From positions 6,857 to 70,856 of the forward strand of contig JBAROV010000050.1 of assembly GCA_049642465.1 (NCBI GenBank): 64,000 nt of DNA, given 5' to 3'. The number at the start of each line of letters is the position of its first letter. Position 1 is the first letter of the stretch. A program made the translations under genes and the position numbers. Under the pieces are notes generated by a model. The model saw only the letters and a program-made list of their open reading frames with translations, searched no databases and was not told the DNA's origin. The stretch is from Vicinamibacterales bacterium (GTDB taxonomy: Bacteria; Acidobacteriota; Vicinamibacteria; Vicinamibacterales; 2-12-FULL-66-21). Below, in pieces: positions 27,458 to 37,344 of this stretch.

Positions 27458-28416
27458 CCAGCCGCTGGCACGGGAGCTCAGTGCTCATCACCGGCGCCGG
27501 CGGTTTCATCGGGGCCAACCTCGCTCGTCGGCTGGTGCATCTCGGAGCGCGCGTGCACGCGGTTCTCCGTCCGTCCACTCCGCTCTGGCGGCTCGAAGAT
27601 GTCGTGTCGAGCCTCGTCATCCACCGCGCGGACATGACGGAGCGTGTCGATCTGGAGCGCGCGGTTCGCAGAGCCGAACCCGCCGTCGTCTTCCACCTCG
27701 CCGCCCAGGGGGCGAGCCGTCACGGCGTCGAGGCGGCGCAACTGTTTCACACGAACGTCGTCGGCACTTTGAACCTCCTGGTTGCGACGGAGTGTCAGTC
27801 CGTTGCACGGTTCGTCCAGCTCGGCGGGTCGTCCGAATACGGGCCCCGAACGTCGGCGTTGTGCGAGACGGATCGTCTGGAACCTGTTACGCCGTATGGC
27901 GTCTCGAAGGCCGCTGCGACGCTCACGTGTCAGCAGTATGCGCGGGCCAACGGCCGTGGCATCGTCATCTTGCGTCCGTTCTCTGTCTACGGCCCCTGGG
28001 AGGCGGCGTCGCGGCTGATCCCGACGGCCATGCTGGCTGCGCTGGAGGACCGCGAACTACCGCTGACCCCACTCGGGTATCGCCGCGATTTGGTGTACGT
28101 CGACGACGTCGTGGATGCGTGCCTGATGGCAGCGGTTCAAGACGTTGCCCCCGGCGAGATTCTGAACGTGGGCACCGGCCGTCACTGGACCAACGAAGAG
28201 GTCATCAGCACGATCGAGCGCGTATGCGGCCGTCCGATTCGAGTCCGGGTGGGTCAGTTTCAGCCGCGGCTTTCAGACACCTCTCATTGGGTGGCGGACA
28301 CGAGCAAGACCGAACGCGTTCTCGGCTGGAAGGCCACACGCACGCTGGAAGCAGGGCTGGCCGAGACCGTCGCCTGGTTTGTCGCGCAGCGCGAAAGAAC
28401 CTATGCCCGCGAGTGA
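27454..28416 (+). CDS. NAD-dependent epimerase/dehydratase
   Basis: VLITGAGGFIGANL and YGVSKAAA (YxxxK). Confidence 0.85.
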   Translation: MTSRWHGSSVLITGAGGFIGANLARRLVHLGARVHAVLRPSTPLWRLEDVVSSLVIHRADMTERVDLERAVRRAEPAVVFHLAAQGASRHGVEAAQLFHTNVVGTLNLLVATECQSVARFVQLGGSSEYGPRTSALCETDRLEPVTPYGVSKAAATLTCQQYARANGRGIVILRPFSVYGPWEAASRLIPTAMLAALEDRELPLTPLGYRRDLVYVDDVVDACLMAAVQDVAPGEILNVGTGRHWTNEEVISTIERVCGRPIRVRVGQFQPRLSDTSHWVADTSKTERVLGWKATRTLEAGLAETVAWFVAQRERTYARE

Positions 28417-29119
28417 CGCGCCTCCTGCAGTTCTGGATGTGAGCGTGGTTGTTCCCGTCTACGACAACCGGGACACGGTGTGCGCGCTGCACGAACGACT
28501 GCGGCGTGTACTGCGCGATGAAAATCTCACCTACGAGATCCTGTTCGTCAACGATGCCTGCCCGTCAGGCTCGCAGGCGATGCTCGAGCGCCTCGCGTCC
28601 AGTGACTCGAATGTCAGAGTGACGGCGCTCTCCCGCAACGTCGGACAACACAAGTCCGTCCTCATCGGGCTCGCGCAGGCACGCGGGCGATGCGCCGTGA
28701 TTATGGATGCCGACCTTCAGGATCCTCCAGAGGCGCTTCCCCTGATGTTCGAAGAGTTGAGGAACGGGTATGCGGCCGTCTTCGCCGGAAGACGCGGCCG
28801 ATACGAGTCGGCCGGTCGCCTCGTCACGTCACGGATCTTCAAGACGGTGCTACATCTCCTCAGCGGCGTCCCTCGCGACGCCGGCATGTACGTCGTCACC
28901 AGCCGCGCGATGATCGATCATCTCGTGGCCAGGCGGGTGGAGCACCCGTTCGTCGTGGCGATGATTGGCACATCGGGGCTGCCGCTCTCGTCGATTCCCA
29001 TCCCTCGGGCGACGCGCCCCTCGGGACGGTCACGCTACAGTGGCTGGATGCGGCTCAGAGCAGGGTTGTCGGCCCTCAGCATCGTTCTTCGTACTGCCAG
29101 TCGAGCAGATCTGCCGTGA
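28379..29119 (+). CDS. family 2 glycosyltransferase (polyprenyl-phosphate sugar transferase-like)
   Basis: VSVVVPVYDN and MDADLQDPPE. Confidence 0.85.
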   Translation: MSRSAKEPMPASDAPPAVLDVSVVVPVYDNRDTVCALHERLRRVLRDENLTYEILFVNDACPSGSQAMLERLASSDSNVRVTALSRNVGQHKSVLIGLAQARGRCAVIMDADLQDPPEALPLMFEELRNGYAAVFAGRRGRYESAGRLVTSRIFKTVLHLLSGVPRDAGMYVVTSRAMIDHLVARRVEHPFVVAMIGTSGLPLSSIPIPRATRPSGRSRYSGWMRLRAGLSALSIVLRTASRADLP

Positions 29120-29850
29120 CGATACCGATATCCGCGCTCGACAGCGATCACAACGGGCAGCAGCGCGCCTACTTCGAGGGTGCCGTCAAGCGGACGATGA
29201 TTCCGATCGACTCCCCTTATTTGCAGCGGCACGTTGACGCGCTGCTGCAGTTTGGGAACATCACGAGCGCCGATCGGATTCTCGAGGTGGGCTGTGGCAT
29301 GGGGCGCTACACACTCCTGCTCGCGAGGCGCGGCATCCAGATCGAAGGCCTCGACTTGTCGCCTGTCCTGCTGGCCCGGCTGCGGGCGTACGCGGCGGGA
29401 AGCTTCGACGGCCCGCTGTACGAGGCGGACATCGCGCATCCTCCCAGCGAGCTGATTGGCAGATTCGACGGCGTCATCGCGCTCTTTGCGTTGCATCACA
29501 TGCGGGACCTCACCGCGATCTTTACGTCGATGTTCCGTCTCGTGAAGCCCGGCGGGCGAGTCGTCTTTCTCGAGCCGAATCCTTACAATCCGCTGTACTA
29601 CCTCCAGATGCTGGTCACGCCAGGGATGGGCTGGAAGGGCGACGGGGGCATCATCCGGATGCGGCGCCGCGTGATTTCGGAAGCGCTGAGCCACGCAGGA
29701 TTTGCGGATCCCGAAATGGTCCGCTTCGGATTTCTCCCGCCCTTTGCAGTCAACCGCCCGGCAGGCAGGCGGGTCGAAGCGGTCCTGGAACGGATCCCAC
29801 TCTGGCAGTGGATGCTGCCGTTCCAATTGATCCGCGCTCACCGGCCGTGA
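29116..29850 (+). CDS. class I SAM-dependent methyltransferase
   Basis: GTG 29116 overlaps the upstream stop (GTGA). LEVGCGMGRY and KPGGRVVFLEPN. The listed ORF start at 28690 is out-of-context overlap. Confidence 0.8.
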   Translation: MTIPISALDSDHNGQQRAYFEGAVKRTMIPIDSPYLQRHVDALLQFGNITSADRILEVGCGMGRYTLLLARRGIQIEGLDLSPVLLARLRAYAAGSFDGPLYEADIAHPPSELIGRFDGVIALFALHHMRDLTAIFTSMFRLVKPGGRVVFLEPNPYNPLYYLQMLVTPGMGWKGDGGIIRMRRRVISEALSHAGFADPEMVRFGFLPPFAVNRPAGRRVEAVLERIPLWQWMLPFQLIRAHRP

Positions 29851-31481
29851 TCAGTGCTGGTTCCGACCTCAGACACTTGCGCGTAGCTTTCGCGCCTGCG
29901 GGGATAATGGGTCTGGCAGGCGCTGCCGCAATCGCGGCGGTGATGTGGATCACCGTCGTTGCGGAAGGTTTCGCCGCGCCTGACGAGTCCTGGTTCCTGC
30001 AGGTCGTGGCTCGCGTCCAGACTGGTCAGACGCTCTATCGAGACGTCCATTTCAATGTGACGCCTCTCTCCGTTTACATCGCGCTCGGTCTCACATCCAT
30101 CTTCCCAACAGAACTCCTGGTGGTCCGATTTCTTGTCGCGGCGGCGCTCGTGTTCACCATAGCCATGTGCTGGATGTTGTGCCGAGTCCTTGGCGTCGGC
30201 CGGCTCGCGCCATGGCTGCTGGTGTGCGCGTGGACTCAACCGACGCCTTACACGCCACTCGCGGTCGTTTTCTTTGCAGCGGCATTCTATGCAACGACGC
30301 TTTGGATGCGAGACGTGCACGAGGTCGGGGCCGCCGCGGACAATCGGAACCTGGCATTTGCGGCCGTGTCTGCCGGTCTCTGCTTCAGCGCCAAGCAGAA
30401 CCTCGGACTGCTCTGTCTGGGCGCCGTGCTCCTCTCGATCCTGATTGTGGCTGGCCGCAGGGCGCCCGCCGTTCGCCACGCGCTGGTCGTTCTGGGCGGC
30501 TTCCTGCTCACCGCGATGGCCGTCATGCTGCCGGTGTTCGTAAGCGGAGCGTTGGATCGCTTCGTGGTCTACGGATTCGGAAAGACTGTCTACGTGCAAA
30601 CGGGAGGCGTTCCCTATAGCGCACCAATCGAACGATTCCTGACTGCCGTCTCAGACGTCTCGAGCGTCGATGCGCTGGCGGCAGCCTATCGCGAGTGTGC
30701 CTTCCTCCTTCCGCCCGTGGTGTTCATGCTCCTCGGAGCGGCCTGCCTGCGTGCTCGTTCGCTCGAGCGCCAGACCGCCCTCGTCGTGACCACGTTCGTT
30801 GCGGCCGGATACCTCGTCGTGTTCCCGGGGCAGGGCGGCTCGGCGATCATGTTTGCCATTCCCATCCTCGTGGTAGGGCTCGCGTTTGGTTGGAGCCGCG
30901 CGCGAGATCTCGTGTCACGCCGGTGGGCATTCACCGTTCAGGCTGCCATCACGGTGCTGTTCTTCGGTCAGATCGGCCTGCGCTTCGTGCGCCACACGAA
31001 CGCGCTGTTGTCGACGGAATACGTCACCTCTGAGATTCCCCATTTTCGGGGCATCAAGGTGCCTGAGGCGACGCACACCCGCATCCACGCCGAGGTGGGA
31101 CTGCTCTCGAGCCTCGCTGCCGGTCAGCCGATGTTCCTGATCGGTCCGAACGCAGGTTTCTATTACCTCGCCGCCAACCTCAGAAACCCGGGCGCCTTCG
31201 ATTTTCCTTACGTCAGCGTGTTCGGCCGCGCGGGCCAGGGGGAAGTGATCGCGCGAATTTTGGCAGATGACATCCGATCGGTGTTCGTCTTTTCAGGCCC
31301 TGTCGATCGCCAGACGCCGCGGGTCTTGCACGAGTTCGTGCGGACGTCGATGCTGCGCGTTCGGGATGAGCCGCTCGGTGTGCTCTATCGTGGGCGGAGG
31401 AATGCCGGCGGGGAGGCGTTGTTTGGGGTGGACGACGGGGTTCGAACCCGCGACTTCCGGAGCCACAGTCGAAAGGAGTGA
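29808..31481 (+). CDS. polytopic membrane protein, GT-C (ArnT/PMT-like) glycosyltransferase candidate
   Basis: At least 10 hydrophobic segments, and it follows a GT2 gene. The last ~20 codons read through the attL repeat, and the stop lies in island DNA. Confidence 0.5.
   Translation: MDAAVPIDPRSPAVISAGSDLRHLRVAFAPAGIMGLAGAAAIAAVMWITVVAEGFAAPDESWFLQVVARVQTGQTLYRDVHFNVTPLSVYIALGLTSIFPTELLVVRFLVAAALVFTIAMCWMLCRVLGVGRLAPWLLVCAWTQPTPYTPLAVVFFAAAFYATTLWMRDVHEVGAAADNRNLAFAAVSAGLCFSAKQNLGLLCLGAVLLSILIVAGRRAPAVRHALVVLGGFLLTAMAVMLPVFVSGALDRFVVYGFGKTVYVQTGGVPYSAPIERFLTAVSDVSSVDALAAAYRECAFLLPPVVFMLLGAACLRARSLERQTALVVTTFVAAGYLVVFPGQGGSAIMFAIPILVVGLAFGWSRARDLVSRRWAFTVQAAITVLFFGQIGLRFVRHTNALLSTEYVTSEIPHFRGIKVPEATHTRIHAEVGLLSSLAAGQPMFLIGPNAGFYYLAANLRNPGAFDFPYVSVFGRAGQGEVIARILADDIRSVFVFSGPVDRQTPRVLHEFVRTSMLRVRDEPLGVLYRGRRNAGGEALFGVDDGVRTRDFRSHSRKE
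31424..31470. repeat. attL: duplicated 3' 47 nt of tRNA-His
   Basis: TGGGGTGGACGACGGGGTTCGAACCCGCGACTTCCGGAGCCACAGTC matches 52104-52150 at 46/47 positions (C31433 vs T52113). Confidence 0.9.
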
Positions 31482-32048
31482 TAACCGAGGCTGTTCGGCC
31501 GAGTTGGATCCTCTCGGTTTTCTTGGCCTCACGTTCCGACCGTTTCCGTTCGTGTCGGCCCGTCTGCGGCGCAGATCACACACAAACCTTGCACAGCGGA
31601 GCGGTCCCGAGCGCCCGGCGCGGGGCACTGCGCCCGTTAGCTTCGGCTCTGATCGTCCAAACCACCTCGGCGTGCGGCCCGTGTCGATAGCGCCGCGGAG
31701 CGGCCGGGCTCTGAGCCACACAGCGCGTTACGGTTTCGTTCGCTTTCGTGGCTTCCGACGTGAGCCTGAGACGCGCGGTGGGGTGGATGCCTGTGAGCGT
31801 AACCGCGCCGCCGAGTGCCGCGCCAGATCCCGCTGCAGTTGACGCGCTTCCGCCTCCAGCGCTCGAAGCCTTGCGCTGATCTCACCCAGCGTCTGCGGCT
31901 TCTTCACAGTCGTGTGCGCCTTTTGAGACAGTGTGCGGGGACGAGTGTGGGAGTTTTAGGGCCGGAAAGCAGGATGGACGCCGAGCTGTGAAAAAAGGCA
32001 ATCCTGCGGCTGGCCGACGCGCGTGTAAACGCCGATAATGGCGCCGAC

Positions 32049-32414
32049 GTGCCGATAGAAGTGACAGCAGCCGATGACGCGGTAACAACCATCACATTCT
32101 CGGATCCTTACACGTTTGACGAGTGGCTCGCCGCAGTATCACCGCTGCTGGCGCACGGACCGACGCTGCGAGCGCTCGTCGATCGGACACGCGCTACCGC
32201 ACCGTCTCGCGAGTTCGTGGATCGGATGGCGAACTTCTTCCAACGGAATGCGGAGCACACGAAGGGTTGGCGCGCGGCCGTCGTGACGGGAACCGACGCG
32301 GGCTACGGCGTCGCGCGGATGCTGCAGTTGACGAACGAAGCGCGCGCCGTACCGATGCAGCTCCGGGCGTTTCGAGATTTTGCGGAGGCGCGGCGCTGGC
32401 TGGCGAGCAGTTGA
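32049..32414 (+). CDS. hypothetical protein
   Basis: 121-aa ORF. Weak resemblance to small STAS-like proteins; not asserted. Confidence 0.35.
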   Translation: MPIEVTAADDAVTTITFSDPYTFDEWLAAVSPLLAHGPTLRALVDRTRATAPSREFVDRMANFFQRNAEHTKGWRAAVVTGTDAGYGVARMLQLTNEARAVPMQLRAFRDFAEARRWLASS

Positions 32415-32574
32415 AGGCGCCCTCTAGTTCAGTCCACCCCAGCGCGCGAGCGCGGCCGGCCTCGATAGGATTTCGAGTGCCGGGATTAGCCGTGCGAGCA
32501 CCTCGAAATCAGGAACGGGATCGCGCAGAGAATCGAATCGGCGGAGATCGGTGTCCACGATTACACCTTCCCTC

Positions 32575-33948
32575 TCAGGTTTTTGTGACCCTTCGCAGCA
32601 GACGACGGTACTGCGGAACAAGCCGGTACACCTGCGATCCGTCCGGGTTCGGCGGCAGTTCCTCGACCACATCGAGGGCCACGAGGTCATCAACAGCCCG
32701 CCGCAGCGAACTTTCAGACGTATTCTTGTGCCGCTTTATGAGGTCATTGACCGTGGCGGTAACACAGTCCGCGAAGTCGCGCACCACGAGCCGGCGGATC
32801 GTGGGCAGCGAGTCGAAGGCGACGCGAGCGACGAGCGTCATATCGGCGGCACTAATTTCCGTTCGCCGTTCGATCACAGCTAAGCCCCGCGCGAGGCCGT
32901 GAAGCTGTTTGACGAATCGACCAGGGCCTTCGGGATCGTCGGGCGTATATTCAAACTGGCGCGTGTATCCGTTGCGCACGACCGCACTACGCGCTCGGGT
33001 GCTGAACTCTGCAATCTCTACGAGCTGCTGTCGAGAGTCTGGTGAGAGGGTCGGATCCACATACGGGAGCGAGTCAAAGAAGAGAGCCACGCGGCCCTTC
33101 AGTTCATCGCGCAGCGGGTCCGCGTTGAGGTTGCTGTCCAGCGCCTGCAAGGCGGAGGCGATCCGATCCGGCTGCTGAAAACGCAGGAGCAGGAATCGCT
33201 GCCCAAGCGCTGACATCACCTCGTAGTGTTTGTCGATCTCGTGGGTCACGCCAGCGACGAGCGTGATCCGGCCCTTCCACTCGAAGCGTTTCCCGCTGCC
33301 GAAGTTCTTCCGGTATTCGCCGTCGTAGATTTCGCGGAGCTGCCCGAGGATCTCTTTGCGTTTTTCACTCCGCATCGAGAGCACGGTCGTGAAGTCCTTC
33401 AGCGACAGTAAGCCGCTGCCGAGTTCGGTCAGCAGGCTTGCGTCTCCGCCGCCGGTCTTGTGCGCCCCCGATGCGAACGTTTTTTCTGTGAGGTCGGAGA
33501 GGGGGTAGACCCCAGCCGTCAGGTTGAGCGTCTGGATCAACTCGGTCTTCGCTCCCGAGGATGGCCCGACGATGAGCAACCAGACGGGCGCACCGGACAG
33601 CCGGTGCGCGGCCACCGCGGCCAGAAGGATCCGAAACGCAGCGCGGTCCTTCATCCGGAGCAAACCATCAATGCTTTTTTCCAAATCTGCCAGGGACGGT
33701 GCAGATTTACTGAGGGATTCTTCGCTTTCCGAGAAATACACTTGCTGATTTTTATTTTTGGTACCCAATGGGGGCTCCGCCCCGTGTTGGGTGTACATCT
33801 CGGAAACTGGAGTTTTTGGGCCAAAACCGGCCCCTTCGGCGGCTGCCGGACTGTTCGGTTTGGTGTTGGTAGCCATCACGCGGCCGCCGCCCAGGCACGA
33901 GAGCGCGACGGCAGCGGGCCGCCCACGCGGTGCTCGCAGGTAATCCAC
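32575..33948 (-). CDS. P-loop NTPase, putative island replication/primase-helicase-associated protein with C-terminal wHTH-like region
   Basis: Walker A-like LLIVGPSSGAKTE and Walker B-like LLSLKDF. Size and position are typical of satellite/island replication genes. Confidence 0.55.
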   Translation of the reverse strand: MDYLRAPRGRPAAVALSCLGGGRVMATNTKPNSPAAAEGAGFGPKTPVSEMYTQHGAEPPLGTKNKNQQVYFSESEESLSKSAPSLADLEKSIDGLLRMKDRAAFRILLAAVAAHRLSGAPVWLLIVGPSSGAKTELIQTLNLTAGVYPLSDLTEKTFASGAHKTGGGDASLLTELGSGLLSLKDFTTVLSMRSEKRKEILGQLREIYDGEYRKNFGSGKRFEWKGRITLVAGVTHEIDKHYEVMSALGQRFLLLRFQQPDRIASALQALDSNLNADPLRDELKGRVALFFDSLPYVDPTLSPDSRQQLVEIAEFSTRARSAVVRNGYTRQFEYTPDDPEGPGRFVKQLHGLARGLAVIERRTEISAADMTLVARVAFDSLPTIRRLVVRDFADCVTATVNDLIKRHKNTSESSLRRAVDDLVALDVVEELPPNPDGSQVYRLVPQYRRLLRRVTKT

Positions 33949-34289
33949 CGAACCTTACAGCGACGGCAGCGACGAAGGTGAAGAGTCACAACTTCACGGT
34001 TTCGGCGGCGGCGAGCCTTACTCAACCGCACCCGGCTCCTGCCACCGCAGAGCGGGCAGCGGCTAGGTTGTTCCATTCGCAGGATTGGAGCCTGCGGTTT
34101 CCGTTGTCGACGACGATAATCGTTGAGCGGCTGCCGCTTCGGCCGCGTCGAGCGGTGTCGGGGTTTGGGCGCGTCGGTCTGGGCGGCCAGTTCGGCCCGC
34201 CGTTGCGCGGCTTTGCGAAAGTAGCGGAGGCCGCTTTGCTGCACCTCGGTCCCGTTCTTGCAAGGTGCGTATAATAGTTTCAGACTCAC
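33876..34289 (-). CDS. basic zinc-ribbon-like protein
   Basis: CPLCGG...CRRCKVRW. True start is possibly the internal MEQPSRC. Overlaps the downstream gene by 73 nt. Confidence 0.3.
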   Translation of the reverse strand: MSLKLLYAPCKNGTEVQQSGLRYFRKAAQRRAELAAQTDAPKPRHRSTRPKRQPLNDYRRRQRKPQAPILRMEQPSRCPLCGGRSRVRLSKARRRRNREVVTLHLRRCRRCKVRWITCEHRVGGPLPSRSRAWAAAA

Positions 34290-34353
34290 TGGAACTCTCC
34301 TTCTAACTGGAAACTCGATGGCCGATCCTGGGCGGGGTCGGCTATCGCCGTTT

Positions 34354-34842
34354 TTACCCAGTCACGTTCGATTTCTCTCCATTCAGTGGTTGGCGTCGGC
34401 GGCGCAGCCGAGCGCGGTCCCGCAGCATCGCGTTCTTCCTCGCTCGACGCTCACGAACGTGTTCGGCGCTGACGTGAACACGCGGCCGTTTGTGAACCGC
34501 GGGCGCAAAGATCCCACGGGCCCTCAGCGCATCGAGTACGAATTTTTCGGCGGCGGAGGCGTCGCTGTTATAGGCGGTCACGATCCATCCATCTGCACGC
34601 TGATACGTTCGGGGCGGAAACAGCGCCCGCACCTGCGACCGCAGACCAGGGTCGGGTTCTGTTCCGTTGCCGAGCCACGCGGTGCGCAACAATTCCTCGC
34701 GCGTCTTGATCGCTGAAGCGATGAGAGCTGCCAATTGGGGTTGCCGCTTCGTGACGTCGATATACCTCGCGAGCGCGGCCGAGGGACGCGGCGGGCGCGG
34801 TTTCGTGTGCGAGCGGAAGAAACGGCCGGCAGTCACGGTCAC
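34354..34842 (-). CDS. hypothetical protein
   Basis: 162-aa ORF with a 4-nt overlap with the upstream HTH gene. Confidence 0.4.
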   Translation of the reverse strand: MTVTAGRFFRSHTKPRPPRPSAALARYIDVTKRQPQLAALIASAIKTREELLRTAWLGNGTEPDPGLRSQVRALFPPRTYQRADGWIVTAYNSDASAAEKFVLDALRARGIFAPAVHKRPRVHVSAEHVRERRARKNAMLRDRARLRRRRQPLNGEKSNVTG

Positions 34843-35138
34843 GCCTCGCGTCCCGTGGCCGCTCGGTAGCGCGCGAACCGATCGCTCGCGTGCGCCGAAA
34901 CTGAAGCCTTTGGCGTCGTCGGTTCTATCGTGGCCGTGAACGCCGAGATGCCCACGAGGACGTCGAGCGACACGCCCAAGTACTGAGCGATCTGCGTCGC
35001 GCGCTCCCGACTGATAGGCCGCCGGCCGCTTTCAACCAAACTGATGAACGCTGTGGACGTTCCGATCAGGTCAGCGAGTGCGGCCTGTGGCACGTTCAGC
35101 CAGCGACGCACGCGGCGAAGGTTTGGGATCGTAAGCAA
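34839..35138 (-). CDS. XRE-family HTH transcriptional regulator
   Basis: LNVPQAALADLIGTSTAFISLVESGRRPIS. Confidence 0.75.
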   Translation of the reverse strand: MLTIPNLRRVRRWLNVPQAALADLIGTSTAFISLVESGRRPISRERATQIAQYLGVSLDVLVGISAFTATIEPTTPKASVSAHASDRFARYRAATGREA

Positions 35139-35337
35139 AGTTCCCCCTTACGAATTCGTGACGATTGAGTTGGTGTTACGAGTCCAGGGTGACGTTTCGA
35201 AGCCCGGACTCGGTCAGGAACGGCAGGAGGTTCGTGGCGCGGTTAGAAGGTGCAGGCTGTGAAGGCTTTGAGAATTACCGACCCTGTTAAACAATTCCAC
35301 TGCATGTGTCATGCCAAAGTAATTGTGGATAGAGCCG

Positions 35338-36093
35338 CTAGGCTGCTGGAGCCGCCGGCACCGCGTTCGCTGCGACGGTCGGCTGCGTCGGCTGGTCCGC
35401 CGAATGCGACGGCCGATACTCCACACTGACGCGGGAGTCGCGGTAGAAGCCAAACGCGACGGCGAGCTGCGAGGAGGGCGGCCGCAGGCCGGAGATCACT
35501 TCGGCCACTCTCCACCGCGGTACCTTGGCGAGTCGACTGAGCGCGTACTGGCTACCGGCGCGGTCCACCTCGTGAGCAACCACTGCTTTCATCTGTTCCG
35601 GCGTGAGCGTCATGATTCGGCCATCGAAGATCGCGTTCACCGGGACGCCGAGAATCTGTGCGGCCATCTCGACACGGGCGGCGGATTCGGGTCTGAGGCT
35701 CTGGTAGCGGAGGACACGACGATCGGTGCGCTGAAACCCTAGCGCGCGAGCAAGCGCCGCAGACACGCGACGTCTACCGACGATAGCGTCAGAGATCGCA
35801 ACCTGAGGAGTCTTCAGCAACCGCGCCAGGGCTTGCTGGCCGTGCGCTTCGGCGACCCGATCAATCAACCAAACCCTCATCCAGGCGTTATCAAAAAACC
35901 CGGCCTGGGCAAACGCGCGTTGGTAGTCCTCAATCGCGAGCGGCGCGTGTTGGCTTCGTTTCCGCCTCATGACGTTCTTTCTCCTGCGACGGTTCTTCGT
36001 TTTCGGTGGACGGGATGAGGATGCTCGCTGTAGGTGCGACTGAAAGTAGCGGCGCGTGCGGGGAGCCGCTGGCGCTGGGCCTGATGCCGTCAT
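35338..36093 (-). CDS. hypothetical protein with two copies of an HTH-like module
   Basis: ALARLLKTPQVAISDAIVGRRRVSAALARALGF and ALSRLAKVPRWRVAEVISGLRPPSSQLAVAFGF. Confidence 0.45.
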   Translation of the reverse strand: MTASGPAPAAPRTRRYFQSHLQRASSSRPPKTKNRRRRKNVMRRKRSQHAPLAIEDYQRAFAQAGFFDNAWMRVWLIDRVAEAHGQQALARLLKTPQVAISDAIVGRRRVSAALARALGFQRTDRRVLRYQSLRPESAARVEMAAQILGVPVNAIFDGRIMTLTPEQMKAVVAHEVDRAGSQYALSRLAKVPRWRVAEVISGLRPPSSQLAVAFGFYRDSRVSVEYRPSHSADQPTQPTVAANAVPAAPAA

Positions 36094-36389
36094 CGCGGGC
36101 GGCGGCGAAACCGCACCTTGCGAGGTTCGACGAACCGATCAAAGCCGAGCGCGAGGGCCACGGATTTGCTTACGGGTCGCAGTCCATTTATGGCCATCGA
36201 CAGTTCGCGCTGCGACAGGCCGAAGCGGAGCGCCATTTGGCGTTGACCACCGTACATCTGTACGGTGTTCATCAAGTGAATACGCATCGCGTTTGCGTCG
36301 AGGACGAGAGGGGACGTTGTATCTGGCATTCGGACCGAACCCACGGCTTTCTGCGCCTCACATCCACGTATGTAGATGAGGCGATACAT
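36090..36389 (-). CDS. small protein with a third copy of the same HTH-like module
   Basis: MALRFGLSQRELSMAINGLRPVSKSVALALGF. 4-nt overlap with the downstream gene. Confidence 0.45.
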   Translation of the reverse strand: MYRLIYIRGCEAQKAVGSVRMPDTTSPLVLDANAMRIHLMNTVQMYGGQRQMALRFGLSQRELSMAINGLRPVSKSVALALGFDRFVEPRKVRFRRRPR

Positions 36390-36711
36390 CTAGTGTATAG
36401 CACCTGCGAGGTTGATTGAGTCGCGTCGAACCAACGCAGTCTCCGTCGTCGGGTTGACCGCTAGCGTGCGACTCGCCGCGAACGCCCTTACCACCAAAGC
36501 AATAGACGACATTTGGAGCGCGTAGGGCGGCAGAGGAATCGGTGCCGAGCGTGTCGAGCCTGCTCCCCAATCGAAGGACATGATTCAGAACCCCCTTCAC
36601 TTGGAACCTGCTGCTGCGAGGCTACTAGTCGGCCTTCCAGCGGACTTTCTCAGCCGTATACGTAGACTTCTGGCGAGAGGCCCGCGTAACTACTGACCCG
36701 CGCGCGGCCCG

Positions 36712-37344
36712 ATGTTTGCCAGCGCCGCACCGGGAGGTGTGTCCGTGCGTCTGTTTCGCTGGACCCTTGGAGCGTGGCTGCTGCTGGGTGCGGCGCCAGT
36801 TCAAGCCAATGTCACGACGTTTCCTCCACCCGGCGCGTTCTACGATGTGATGGGCTCCTTTACCGCGTGGAACGAAGACGCGGCGATCTGGTTGCCAGAC
36901 GTAATGGCACACCCTGACTTCATTGGTACGACCTTCATCGAACCGGGTTCGGGGCAAGTCGCGCGCGTGAGTCTCTTCACCGCCGACTACAACTTTATTG
37001 GTGGCGGAACAAAAGCGACGAACGCTGATGGCAGTTGGTGGATCAATCAGATGTACCACGGCGTCGTGGGCTCGTCGATCGTCTTCTACAACTTTCACTT
37101 CGTCATGAACGCCGAGGGTACCGGCGGAATTGTGAGCTGGTTGGGGTACACCCCGGGTGAATGGATCTCTGAAGGCAACACGACACGGCCGCCGGGCTTG
37201 TTGTCGGTCAGCGGAACATTCACGGTCGTTACCGAGCCAACATCGATAGCTTCGTTCGGGTTCGGGCTCGCGGTCCTGGCTCTCGCGACACGTCGACGAC
37301 CCAGGCTGGCACTTCTTGTTAGGACGCCTCCGCTGCGCACCTAG
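36712..37344 (+). CDS. secreted protein with PEP-CTERM-like (TEP variant) C-terminal anchor
   Basis: Signal WTLGAWLLLGAAPVQA and C-terminal VTEPTSIASFGFGLAVLALATRRRP. Confidence 0.55.
   Translation: MFASAAPGGVSVRLFRWTLGAWLLLGAAPVQANVTTFPPPGAFYDVMGSFTAWNEDAAIWLPDVMAHPDFIGTTFIEPGSGQVARVSLFTADYNFIGGGTKATNADGSWWINQMYHGVVGSSIVFYNFHFVMNAEGTGGIVSWLGYTPGEWISEGNTTRPPGLLSVSGTFTVVTEPTSIASFGFGLAVLALATRRRPRLALLVRTPPLRT

Noticed and set aside
31728-31907. 59-aa basic/coiled-coil ORF (GTG 31907, minus) just inside attL: VKKPQTLGEISARLRALEAEARQLQRDL...RKPRKRTKP.
   Set aside because: Plausible, but short, GTG-initiated and without a recognisable motif. Insufficient support to list as a feature.
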